A stretch of DNA of 64,000 nucleotides, taken from NCBI GenBank assembly GCA_012518595.1, contig JAAYRV010000004.1, positions 52,304 through 116,303 on the forward strand, given 5' to 3'. Source of the stretch: Bacillota bacterium (lineage in GTDB: Bacteria; Bacillota; SHA-98; UBA4971). The position numbers and the translations under genes are program-made. This document shows, one piece after another, positions 17,476 through 26,945 of the stretch. The number at the start of each line of letters is the position of its first letter. Position 1 is the first letter of the stretch. The notes beneath the pieces were generated by a model that was not told the origin of the DNA, made no database searches, and saw only the letters and a list, made by a program, of their open reading frames with translations.

Positions 17476-19155
17476 TTGTCACAACGTAGCAAGTTTAGCA
17501 AGGCTCGTGCAAGAAGTATTATATACAGTCTTGTTGTGATTTTTCTCTTTCTTATCTCTGATCTTATATGGCTTCAACTTATCCGTGGTGAGACTCTTGC
17601 CAGGCGAGCACGGGATCAACGCATAGAAGCGCTTTACAAGACCCCGCTCAGAGGGACAATCTATGACAGGAATATGCAGGTTCTGGCGGGGACTTTCTAT
17701 GAACCTGCAATAGTCATCTTTCCTCAGCTCGTCTCAGAGAAGGACAAGGTGGCAGAGTTTCTGTCACGCACTTCCAACACAAGTATGCCCTTGGAGGCGT
17801 ATCTTTCACAACTCCTGGCTCAAACCTGCATATACCTTGATGCAAGTAAGATCACCCTTGACAATTCACATTCTGAGATACCGGACGATCCCGGTGTTAC
17901 TGTCATTCGACAGCCTGTTCGATATGAGCCCAGAGGGTTGGCTGCGCACCTAATAGGCTATCTCGACAATGGAAAAATCTCGGGAATATCAGGAATTGAG
18001 AAATCTCTTGACACCTACCTGAGTAGCGGAAGAACCGGTCTCATAGCATCTTTCGTGGATGCCAGGCGCCTGCCATACAAAGGCTTGGGAATCAGGTGGC
18101 TTGCGGACACAGAAAGCATCGCAGACGTGGTCCTTACCATTGATCGCAAAGCGCAGCAAATTGTTGAGGAAGTGATGGATGCCCGAGTCTTAAGGGGCGC
18201 AGTTGTTGTCATGGATCCTAAAACCGGCCAGGTGTTGGCTATGGCCAGCAGGCCCACTTTTTCACCTAATGACGTGGGCAGTGCGCTCATTCAGCCTCAA
18301 TCGCCTATGATAAACAGAGCAATCCTACCATATCCGGCAGGCTCAATACTTAAAATAGTAGTAGCAGCATGTGGCCTGGAAAAGAATGTTGTCTCCTTAT
18401 CAGAGCACTTCCATGATCCCGGATTCATAGACGTAGGCTCAAAGAGATTCAAATGCTACTTGTTTGACAATGAAGGCCACGGGGCTATTTCCTTTCTCGA
18501 TGCTATGGCGTATTCATGTAACTCGGTATTCATAGAAGTAGCATTGAGGATAGGTGCAAGGAGCCTTGTCAGTCTCTATGAAGACTTGGGATTCGGGGCT
18601 ACTACAGGTATCAGCCTGCCGTTTGAACAGCCGGGTTTACTGCCGAACCCGTATCACATGTCACTGCAGGATACGGCAAATTTGGCAATAGGACAAGGCG
18701 AGGCGCTGGTAACCCCACTCCAACTTGCTGTGCTGCTTTCTGTGATAGCCAATGGCGGTGAATTCATCTCACCGAGATTGGTCTTGGAAATCATACCGAG
18801 GGAACGAGGAGTAAGAGCGAACTTGAAATCCGGTACGTCTCGGAGGGTATTGTCTCAAGACACATGCAGGCAGCTTACATTCATGCTGGAGTCGGTCACC
18901 AGGTGGGGGACGGGTCAGGCAGGTTGGGTAGATGAACTTGGATCCTGTGGCAAAACGGGAACCGCTGAAACAGGACGCCTGGATTCTTTTGGATATCCCA
19001 TATGTCATGCTTGGTTTGCAGGCTTCACTCCTTTAAAGGATCCACGCTTCGTGATTGTGGTTTTCGCTGAAGAAGGAGGTTCAGGCGGCGAAGTGGCTGC
19101 ACCTGTTTTCAAGGAAATCGCCGACAGACTTCTTGTTGAATCCCTCCACGACTAA
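17476..19155 (+). CDS. Class B penicillin-binding protein (SpoVD/FtsI-family transpeptidase, no PASTA domains)
   Basis: N-terminal TM helix, a dimerisation domain, and transpeptidase motifs including 'KSG' in 'LKSGTSR'. Confidence 0.8.
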   Translation: MSQRSKFSKARARSIIYSLVVIFLFLISDLIWLQLIRGETLARRARDQRIEALYKTPLRGTIYDRNMQVLAGTFYEPAIVIFPQLVSEKDKVAEFLSRTSNTSMPLEAYLSQLLAQTCIYLDASKITLDNSHSEIPDDPGVTVIRQPVRYEPRGLAAHLIGYLDNGKISGISGIEKSLDTYLSSGRTGLIASFVDARRLPYKGLGIRWLADTESIADVVLTIDRKAQQIVEEVMDARVLRGAVVVMDPKTGQVLAMASRPTFSPNDVGSALIQPQSPMINRAILPYPAGSILKIVVAACGLEKNVVSLSEHFHDPGFIDVGSKRFKCYLFDNEGHGAISFLDAMAYSCNSVFIEVALRIGARSLVSLYEDLGFGATTGISLPFEQPGLLPNPYHMSLQDTANLAIGQGEALVTPLQLAVLLSVIANGGEFISPRLVLEIIPRERGVRANLKSGTSRRVLSQDTCRQLTFMLESVTRWGTGQAGWVDELGSCGKTGTAETGRLDSFGYPICHAWFAGFTPLKDPRFVIVVFAEEGGSGGEVAAPVFKEIADRLLVESLHD

Positions 19156-19271
19156 CATCACAAGCGTACCGCTGACATTTTCCCCAAAAACAACCTTAAC
19201 CAGGACAAGCACTTTTCCCCGAGCAGATCATATCTATACTAATGAATCTTTTTATCGGGGGTGGCAAATCT

Positions 19272-19976
19272 ATGCTGGATCTCTTGATAGGTTCGGCTCT
19301 TTTTCTTCGTGGGCTGTGGCACCTCATATCTTATATTTCGTCGGGAAATGTATTTCCACCCCCTCTGTCTGAGGAGGAAGAAGCTAAGGTTTTACTGCAA
19401 AAGGAACAAGGAGATGAGGATGCCAGAAAAACTTTGATTGAACGTAATCTAAGGCTGGTTGCACACATCGTCAAGAAATTTGACGGAACGGCGGAAGACC
19501 AAAACGATTTGATTTCCATAGGAACGATAGGCCTGATAAAGGCAGTGGATACATATAACCAGCATCGAAAGACCAGGTTGGCTACGTACGCCGCACGGTG
19601 TATAGAGAACGAGATACTAATGCATCTTCGAGCCACAAGGAAGAACAAGTCGGAGCTTCTTTTGCACGACCCGATTGGCGCTGATAAGGAAGGCAATGAA
19701 ATCACACTCATCGATGTGCTGGGGAGTGAAGCTGACGAAATTGCGCTTACAGTCGAAGGGATGCTGGAAGAGAAGAAACTGGTGGAGAAAGTAGACATGC
19801 TGACTTCACGCGAGAAGAAGGTCATTGAAATGAGGTACGGACTCAAGGATGGCATACGCAGAACTCAGCGAGAAATCTCCAGGTATCTCGGAATCTCCCG
19901 TTCGTATGTGTCAAGGATTGAAAAGCGGGCTCTCATGAAGCTCCAAAAAGAAATGGTAGCCAACGGGTACAACTGA
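19272..19976 (+). CDS. sigK: RNA polymerase sporulation sigma factor K (pro-sigma-K), uninterrupted
   Basis: Near-identity with the B. subtilis SigK blocks 'LRLVAHIVKKF', 'DLISIGTIGLIKA', 'LATYAARCIENEILMHLRA', 'HDPIGxDKEGNEI' and 'ISRSYVSRIEKRALMK'. The pro-sequence 'LLIGSALFL...NVFPPPLSEEEE' is present. GGGGGTGG RBS 8 nt before ATG 19272. The ORF-track start 19242 is probably too early. Confidence 0.8.
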   Translation: MLDLLIGSALFLRGLWHLISYISSGNVFPPPLSEEEEAKVLLQKEQGDEDARKTLIERNLRLVAHIVKKFDGTAEDQNDLISIGTIGLIKAVDTYNQHRKTRLATYAARCIENEILMHLRATRKNKSELLLHDPIGADKEGNEITLIDVLGSEADEIALTVEGMLEEKKLVEKVDMLTSREKKVIEMRYGLKDGIRRTQREISRYLGISRSYVSRIEKRALMKLQKEMVANGYN

Positions 19977-20006
19977 TGACCGGAATATCGCCAAGTCTTG
20001 CCAAGC

Positions 20007-20906
20007 CTAGCCCTTTATCGTTGAATGCAGTCCTTCAGTGCTGATGAAGTACTTCGACATAGTAAAGAACAAGATGAACATGGGAAGACTGGCCATGGCT
20101 GCAACAGCCATCATGATCCCCTCATCGCTGTGGGTCTCAGCCATGAACCTGGTAATGTAAAGAGGGATAGTTTTCATCTCATCGCTCTGAACAACCAACA
20201 GCGGCCACAAGAGATTATCCCATTGTGAGCGGAACGTCAGAATTGCCAAAGTAGCAATTGCAGGACCACTGTTGGGTAGTACTATGTGGGTGAAGATTCG
20301 AGGCTCACTTGCGCCGTCAATGCGAGCAGCGTCCAACACTTCATCGGGGAAAGTCAGCAAAAACTGTCGCATCAAAAATACCCCAAAAGCATTGGTGAGG
20401 AAAGGGAGGATGAGTCCGGCATACGAGTCCTGTAACCCCATCTTCATTGTTACCATGTAAAGCGGAATCATAATTGTCTCAAAGGGAATCATCATTGTCG
20501 CCATTATCAGCATAAAAACGGCATTACGTCCTTTAAACCTAAACTTGGCAAGGCCGTACCCGGATAATGAAGATAAGATTACAGTAGTTACAGTAACCGC
20601 AAGAGCTACGATCAGCGAATTGAGGGTATTGCGGAGGAAAATGAAGGACCCGTCAGGCCCTCTCAAGGCATTCCAATAGTTCTGCCAATGTATGTGATCG
20701 CTCACCCATGGATATGGCAGCTTCATTATGTCGATTGCAGGCATGAAGGATGCACTGAACATGAAGAGGAGCGGCGTGACAACAAACACGCATGCCACAG
20801 CCAGAAACAACCAGATCAAGATGTTAACCAACTTCCCCGGAAGTGAAGTCCTCAATTCAGTAGCATTCATGTGAATTCCCCCTGATCTTAGAGCATTTAT
20901 CCCCAT
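20007..20906 (-). CDS. Carbohydrate ABC transporter permease (MalG/UgpE-like)
   Basis: Six TM helices and the EAA-like loop 'LDAARIDGASEPRIFTHIVLP'. Confidence 0.8.
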   Translation of the reverse strand: MGINALRSGGIHMNATELRTSLPGKLVNILIWLFLAVACVFVVTPLLFMFSASFMPAIDIMKLPYPWVSDHIHWQNYWNALRGPDGSFIFLRNTLNSLIVALAVTVTTVILSSLSGYGLAKFRFKGRNAVFMLIMATMMIPFETIMIPLYMVTMKMGLQDSYAGLILPFLTNAFGVFLMRQFLLTFPDEVLDAARIDGASEPRIFTHIVLPNSGPAIATLAILTFRSQWDNLLWPLLVVQSDEMKTIPLYITRFMAETHSDEGIMMAVAAMASLPMFILFFTMSKYFISTEGLHSTIKG

Positions 20907-20923
20907 GCCCTGTTTCGATAGTG

Positions 20924-21835
20924 TCAGTTATAGGTAACATCCTCAGTCCTGGCGATCTTAAGTTGCAACCATGTGAGGATTAGCATAACAAGGAACAGCA
21001 ACACGCTCATGGCGCTGGCCCTTCCAATGTTATGGTCCTTGATTGCAGTATTGTAGATGCTTAGGGTAATAACATCAATAGGCCTTGTAGGCGCACCTGA
21101 TGTCGAGAAGAGATACTGTGTGCTAAAGGTTTTGAGGCATTGCAGCATAACCATGACTGAAACCAATAGAGTAGTCGGTTTTAGAAGCGGGAACGTTATG
21201 TGCCAGAAGTCCTGCCATGAATTCGCCCCGTCAATCAGCGCTGCTTCATGTAGATAATCAGGAATACCTCCGATTCCGGCAACAAAGACAACTGTAAAAT
21301 AGCCGACGTATTTCCAGAAGTACACGATGATCGTGGACAGTCGTAGCATACTTGAGCTGGAAAGCCAGTGATAGTTGACTCCCGAAGTCCTCATGAGAAT
21401 ATTCAGCGCCTGGTTTGCCAAGCCCCTGGGATCAAAAATGAGGAGCCAAATAAGGGCTGCAACAACCGATGAAAGCGCAGCAGGGGAATACAACGTCATC
21501 TGAAGGGATTTCTGAAATTTGGTCCTCGATATGATGAAAACCGCCAACATGAGACTGAAAACAACCAATGGGATGAAAGTTCCCATGGTAAATATGGCGG
21601 TGTTGGATACAGATTGCCAGAATGTTTTTGAGTGAAACAAGTATCTGTAATTGCCCCAGCCAACAAATTCAGGAGGCCTGAGAGATAGCAGATTCTTCTT
21701 GAAAAAACTCATGTAGATCGCGTTAAAAATCGGATAAAAACTGAAGACAACGAAGAATACCAAAGACGGCGCAACGAATATCCATCCCCATCTGGCTTTT
21801 TTCTGCTCCATGCTAAATCTTCTATTATGTCGCAT
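20924..21835 (-). CDS. Carbohydrate ABC transporter permease (MalF/UgpA-like)
   Basis: Six TM helices and the EAA loop 'HEAALIDGANSWQDFWHITFPLLKP'. Confidence 0.8.
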   Translation of the reverse strand: MRHNRRFSMEQKKARWGWIFVAPSLVFFVVFSFYPIFNAIYMSFFKKNLLSLRPPEFVGWGNYRYLFHSKTFWQSVSNTAIFTMGTFIPLVVFSLMLAVFIISRTKFQKSLQMTLYSPAALSSVVAALIWLLIFDPRGLANQALNILMRTSGVNYHWLSSSSMLRLSTIIVYFWKYVGYFTVVFVAGIGGIPDYLHEAALIDGANSWQDFWHITFPLLKPTTLLVSVMVMLQCLKTFSTQYLFSTSGAPTRPIDVITLSIYNTAIKDHNIGRASAMSVLLFLVMLILTWLQLKIARTEDVTYN

Positions 21836-21916
21836 TGAATCACCCCTGTAGCGAGATGATGAAATTGGAAGTCCGGGCCCGAAGAGAGAACCCGGACTTC
21901 ATTTTCCGGCAGCCGC

Positions 21917-23218
21917 CTACAGTTCAGCGTCTATGACTTCTTGGATACGCTCGCGGAGGGTATCCAGCGCTTCCTTAGGCGGAACTTCTGACAGCATGAC
22001 ACTTTCCACCGCTTCTTTGATGAACCGTTCAAACTGGTATCCGTTTTCGTGGAGGAAGACAATATGCGCCTTCTCCATGTCTCCCATGAAAATATCCATG
22101 TAGGGGAGTTCTTTGAATTCCTCTGACTCAAGGAGATCCTTACGCGGCTGCATGATATTCACTTTCATAAGGTACTCCATGGGATGGTCCAGCATGTAGG
22201 CGATAAACTTCCATGCCATTTCCTGCTTCTCCTTGGATGTCTGAGCATTGACCATCATATAGTGGCCATAGTATGAACACGCCACGTTATTCACTGCTTT
22301 TTCAAATACCGGGAACGGGATAACCATCCATTCATTACTTTCAAAAAACTCAGGATTATCAATTCTCAATCTACCTTGCTGGTAGAATCCACTGAGGCAC
22401 ATGGCCATATCATTGTTGTCTTTGTTCCAAATCTTTCGCGGGGAGGTGTAGGTAGGGCTGCCGAGGTTGCGCCCGTGAGGGCCCCAGTCTCTCACGTACT
22501 CCAGAACCTTGAGCCAAGCCTCGTCATTGACGATAGCCTTCTTGCCGTCATCGCTCAACAGCTTCCCGCCAAGTTGCTCAATCATAGGCAGTACTGATAC
22601 CAAGTAATAGGGGTAGCGGAAGTCGAATCCGCGTCTCACAATGATGTCACCTTCACGGATGGCGATCTTGTCAGAGATGTCCGCCATCTCCTCCCAGGTC
22701 TTGGGGTAATCTTTTTCAGGATCGAGTCCTGCGTCCCTGAAGATCCTTTTGTTGATGTAGATGCACCAGTTGGTGAGCTCAAGAGGGAGACCGTATATTT
22801 CGCCGTCCATTGTTACTGCATCAAATGTGCCGTCTAAGTATTGAGATTTTAGGTCATCAGCACCCTTGTATCCCGCAGCCTTATAGTTAACCGGTGCCAC
22901 ACGATGGTGCTGCACGTAAGCATATTGCTGCTCAATAGGCAGGTTGAAAATATCAGGAGCATTCTGAGCCGAAAAAGCAGTAAGAACAAGGTCTCCCATC
23001 TTACTGCCTTCATTTACCACTCTCTTGATCTTCACGTTTGGGTACATCTCAGTAAACTCAGCTATGTACCTGTCTTCGATCTCAGTTCTGTTGTCGTCAG
23101 TGTGTGTCCAATAAGTTAACTCAATAGTACCTGCCGCGCCGACTCCAAGAGAAAGTGATGCAATAAGACAAAGGGATATCACAACACCGACTGTAAACAA
23201 CCATGAAAACCGTCTCAT
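21917..23218 (-). CDS. Extracellular solute-binding protein (family 1, sugar ABC substrate-binding, lipoprotein-type signal)
   Basis: Signal peptide 'LFTVGVVISLCLIASLSLGVGAAG'. 433 aa with SBP_bac_1-type composition. First gene of the - strand operon with the two permeases. Confidence 0.75.
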   Translation of the reverse strand: MRRFSWLFTVGVVISLCLIASLSLGVGAAGTIELTYWTHTDDNRTEIEDRYIAEFTEMYPNVKIKRVVNEGSKMGDLVLTAFSAQNAPDIFNLPIEQQYAYVQHHRVAPVNYKAAGYKGADDLKSQYLDGTFDAVTMDGEIYGLPLELTNWCIYINKRIFRDAGLDPEKDYPKTWEEMADISDKIAIREGDIIVRRGFDFRYPYYLVSVLPMIEQLGGKLLSDDGKKAIVNDEAWLKVLEYVRDWGPHGRNLGSPTYTSPRKIWNKDNNDMAMCLSGFYQQGRLRIDNPEFFESNEWMVIPFPVFEKAVNNVACSYYGHYMMVNAQTSKEKQEMAWKFIAYMLDHPMEYLMKVNIMQPRKDLLESEEFKELPYMDIFMGDMEKAHIVFLHENGYQFERFIKEAVESVMLSEVPPKEALDTLRERIQEVIDAEL

Positions 23219-23505
23219 GAAGAAACCCCTCCTTTAGCATCTGTATCGGGCAGCAAACCCAAGTTTCAGCTGCGTGGGTCACCTCCCTGGCAGGCTATAA
23301 TAGGAAATCCCATCACGTTGTTGTTTTCATCAAAGATACCGCTTTACAAAATTCGCCATTATGCCGGAAAACTCCTCCCACAACTGGTCAGAGTTAAAGA
23401 AGCGATAATAATTTTGGAGAATAGGTGGATGGTTCGGATACTACAATTGGGCTGCAGATGTTGTGGAAGTAAAGAAATCGCAGAAGACTATCGTACTCAG
23501 ATCTC

Positions 23506-24024
23506 CTAAAAATGCTCTTTTAATGCTCGCTCAAAGGCGTCGTATGTACGCTCGTTGAAGCAAACGAACCTGACCTCGAGAATGGATTGATCAGTTTTCA
23601 GAAATTCCGCCACGGTTTCTACGGCAATTTGTGAAGCCGGATCAATAGGATAGCCGTACGCCCCGGTGCTGATGGATGGGAAGGCTATAGAGCGAATACC
23701 GTATTCTGTAGCCAAACGGAGAGACTTCCGGTAGCAGTCGGCAAGGAGTCCCGCTTCCCCGGATTCTCCGCCGCGCCAGACCGGCCCGACTGTATGTATG
23801 ACCCATGTGGCAGGAAGCCGGTATCCGCGGGTGATGACTGCGTCTCCTGTCTTACATCCGCCGATTGATTTGCACTCTGCCAGCAGTTTAGGACCTGCTG
23901 CCCTGTGTATTGCGCCGTCTACTCCGCCTCCGCCCAGCAGGCTGTTGTTGGCAGCGTTAACTATGGCATCAACATGCTGTTTCGTAATATCCCCCTTAAC
24001 TACAGTGATTCGATGTTTCTCCAT
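23506..24024 (-). CDS. Macro-domain protein (O-acetyl-ADP-ribose deacetylase, YmdB-like)
   Basis: 'ITVVKGDITKQHVDAIVNAANNSLLGGGGVDGAIHRAAG' is the canonical macro-domain signature. Confidence 0.8.
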   Translation of the reverse strand: MEKHRITVVKGDITKQHVDAIVNAANNSLLGGGGVDGAIHRAAGPKLLAECKSIGGCKTGDAVITRGYRLPATWVIHTVGPVWRGGESGEAGLLADCYRKSLRLATEYGIRSIAFPSISTGAYGYPIDPASQIAVETVAEFLKTDQSILEVRFVCFNERTYDAFERALKEHF

Positions 24025-24341
24025 AGGTTTACCCCCTCGTCACCTAATGCTTCTCTTTCGGAAGCTCTTCTTCTAAAACGTCAATTCGCCAATAGCCTCG
24101 GCTGATTCCTGACGTGTTCAGGATAATCCGGCAAGGATCTTGTTTCTTCCTGTTGCGTTGAAAGTCCTTCTCCGGAGATACCGGAGGGTATTGCGCAATA
24201 TTTCATTACTGCAAAATTGCCGGCCTTCATTCGTCATGACCCAATGATCCGCTCTGGCTCTGCAGCGAGCGGTTCTTGATTTCCCCGGTTAGCCTGCATA
24301 TAATAAGAAGCTAGGATGTACTGAAGATCGGAGCACCAATC

Positions 24342-26012
24342 ATGGCTGGAGGTCAACACCAAATGTCAAAATCAAAGACGAAAGCGTTCAAAGATGAAAG
24401 TGAATTACTACTGAAAAACGGGCAAATCCTTACTCTTGATCCTTGTCTTTCAAGAGCAGAGGCCCTGATGATTCGGGGCGGCCGGATTGCATATGTCGGC
24501 ACGGAACAAGATGCATTTTCGAAGTGCCATGGCACACCGGAGGTCATTGATCTTCAAGGCAAGACTGTTATCCCGGGTTTTGTGGAATCACACATGCATC
24601 CATCTATCTTGGCAACGACACTCCTCGATGTGAACTGCGCATATCCCGAAGTCAAATCTGTTAAAGATATAGTCAAAAATGTTGCTGAACGCATTAAGAC
24701 AACGAACAAGCAAGGATGGGTTCGTGGTTGGGGATATGATGACAGCAAACTAAAGGAACATAGACATCCTACCAGGTGGGATCTGGACACTGTCTCGCCG
24801 GACACCCCTGTCTATGTAAGAAGAACCTGTGCACACATGGGAGTCGCAAACAGCGAGGCTTTGAGGCTTTCAGGGATCACCCGGAATACGCCGGATCCTG
24901 AGGGAGGACGTATCCACCGAGATTCGGCTACAGGCGAGCCTACCGGCTTGCTGATGGACCGCGCTCAAGACTTATTAGCCATTCCACCGTATACAAGTGA
25001 GGAAGTCGAACGCGGATTCATGCTTGCCCTCGGTCAGCTATCCGGATGGGGCATAACCACAGTCCACGACATGCTGGTAGACAGTGCTGCATTCAGAGTC
25101 TACCAGAAACTCGCCGAAAACCACAAGCTGCCTGTGAGAGTTCGTCTCTGGCTGGAAGGGGTCACTTTCGGTTCGAGGGATGCAGGACTCATCCCTCATG
25201 CTCTGGGGCTGGGACTTAAGAGCGGATATGGTAATGACATCATCAAGGTAATGGGCATGAAGTTTATTCTCGACGGTAGCATAGGTGGCCGTTCGGCCGC
25301 AGTAGCCGAAGGCTATGTGGGAGGTACAAAAGACAAAGGAATCCTCTATGTCGGGAAGGATGAGCTTGTGCCCCTGGTCACTGAGTGTGTAAAGAAAGGC
25401 CTTAGAGTATCCATCCATGCCATTGGTGAAAGAGCAATAGAGCTTGCTATAGATTCTATGGAAGATGTTACCCGCCAGGTACCGATAGACACGGTGCGAA
25501 GGATGCGAAATAGGATAGACCACTGCGTCTTGCCTACTGAAGATCATCTTCGGAGGATAAAAGACCTAGGATTAGTGGTTGAGTCATCCATATCCTTCAT
25601 ATATGCATTAGGTGACAGCTGGGTATCTAACCTAGGTTACCCGCGCGCGTGTCGCACATTTCCCGGGAGAACCACCATCGACATGGGCATTCCGCTGGCC
25701 GGCAACTCTGATTCACCGGTCTGCGACGGGAACCCTTTCCTTGGGATTTATGCGGCGGTGATGCGGAAAACCGCATGCGGTCAGTCATTTGGTGATTCAG
25801 AGGCCATAACGGTAGATGAAGCCCTCCGCGCGTACACAACGGTAGGGGCATATGCAGGCTGTGAGGAGGATCTCTATGGAAGCATTACCTGCGGCAAGGC
25901 GGCTGACCTCGCAGTGCTTTCCGAGAACCCCATGGCGGTTCCTCCCGAGCATCTGAAGGATATCGGTGTTGAGATGACGTTCATGAACGGTGTCAAAGTC
26001 TACGCCAGGTAA
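24342..26012 (+). CDS. Amidohydrolase-family metal-dependent hydrolase (Amidohydro_3 type)
   Basis: 556 aa. An N-terminal 'HxH' metal site ('VESHMHPS') and the architecture of the N-substituted formamide deformylase / Amidohydro_3 family. Confidence 0.75.
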   Translation: MAGGQHQMSKSKTKAFKDESELLLKNGQILTLDPCLSRAEALMIRGGRIAYVGTEQDAFSKCHGTPEVIDLQGKTVIPGFVESHMHPSILATTLLDVNCAYPEVKSVKDIVKNVAERIKTTNKQGWVRGWGYDDSKLKEHRHPTRWDLDTVSPDTPVYVRRTCAHMGVANSEALRLSGITRNTPDPEGGRIHRDSATGEPTGLLMDRAQDLLAIPPYTSEEVERGFMLALGQLSGWGITTVHDMLVDSAAFRVYQKLAENHKLPVRVRLWLEGVTFGSRDAGLIPHALGLGLKSGYGNDIIKVMGMKFILDGSIGGRSAAVAEGYVGGTKDKGILYVGKDELVPLVTECVKKGLRVSIHAIGERAIELAIDSMEDVTRQVPIDTVRRMRNRIDHCVLPTEDHLRRIKDLGLVVESSISFIYALGDSWVSNLGYPRACRTFPGRTTIDMGIPLAGNSDSPVCDGNPFLGIYAAVMRKTACGQSFGDSEAITVDEALRAYTTVGAYAGCEEDLYGSITCGKAADLAVLSENPMAVPPEHLKDIGVEMTFMNGVKVYAR

Positions 26013-26062
26013 TGTATCTTTGGTCTCTATTCTGATGGGGGAGTGGATGGAGTCAAACAGAG

Positions 26063-26160
26063 GCAGCGACCGGGGCAGCGACCGGCCAGGGCAAGAACCG
26101 GAGGCCTTGTAGTCTTGTCCCGTTGATCGACGGGGTTTTACATGATCGACGGGGTTTTAC
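26063..26160. repeat. Two short tandem direct repeats in an intergenic region
   Basis: 'ggcagcgaccgg' twice in perfect tandem (26063-26086). The 18-mer 'tgatcgacggggttttac' twice with a 1-nt spacer (26124-26160). Confidence 0.6.
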
Positions 26161-26247
26161 TGGAACAGGCAGTAACAATATGATACAATACCGGCACCGG
26201 TCATGTGTGTCACACTTCAACCTGTGACACGCCAAGGAGGCACGATT

Positions 26248-26760
26248 TTGCTGTCTAGGCTCTGTCCGAACCTCTATGTAGACTCTCTGCATCATATAGA
26301 TCTCTCGCACCTAAGAGACATTGGCGTTCGGGGAATTGTATTCGACATTGACAACACAGTGACAATGTGGGGCAGCAACGAAATAGCTCCGACTACCCTC
26401 AAGTGGCTTGAAGGTGCGAAAACCCATGGTTTTCGCGTATGCTTACTCTCAAATAACCGCAAAGCCAGAATAGACGATATTTCACGTATGCTGGATATTC
26501 CATCCGCCAAAGGCTTTAAGCCTTTTGGTTCAGCCTTTAGATCCGCCCTTTGTCTGTTAGGCACATCACCGCAAGAGACTACAATAATAGGCGATCAGAT
26601 ATTCACTGACATCCTCGGAGGAAACCGCGCCGGGTTATATACTATTCTTGTGCAACCCATGTCAACTAATGAGTTCATTACCACAAAACTTCTGAGAAGA
26701 CTGGAAAAAATAGTCCTACGAAAACTAGCGTGCCGCGGATTGCTCACGCGCAAAGACTGA
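26248..26760 (+). CDS. YqeG-family HAD-IIIA phosphatase
   Basis: 'GIVFDIDNTV' (DxDxT) and 'GDQIFTDILGGNRAG'. TTG start, with AAGGAGG 7 nt upstream. Confidence 0.7.
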   Translation: MLSRLCPNLYVDSLHHIDLSHLRDIGVRGIVFDIDNTVTMWGSNEIAPTTLKWLEGAKTHGFRVCLLSNNRKARIDDISRMLDIPSAKGFKPFGSAFRSALCLLGTSPQETTIIGDQIFTDILGGNRAGLYTILVQPMSTNEFITTKLLRRLEKIVLRKLACRGLLTRKD

Positions 26761-26945
26761 GATCCTCACAACTCCACAGAGTAGATAAAAATCCAAAGAT
26801 CCTGACAAAGAACTTAAATAGGCTTGCAAGTTCCTCCATGAAAGGGATAAAGTTACCTATAGAGGACTTAATCTCCTTTGCCCAAAAAAGTGGATCGGGG
26901 AAAGAGTAAGAATTCGGATTAGGAACAAAACGGGGAGGATACGAT

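Noticed and set aside
19977-20006. Bidirectional terminator between the convergent sigK and ABC permease genes
   Set aside because: There is only a weak 4-bp palindrome (caag/cttg) and no T-run, which is not convincing.
23318-23509. 63-aa ORF between the macro-domain gene and the sugar ABC operon
   Set aside because: No RBS and no recognisable motif. It lies in the promoter and terminator region of flanking - strand genes and is probably spurious.
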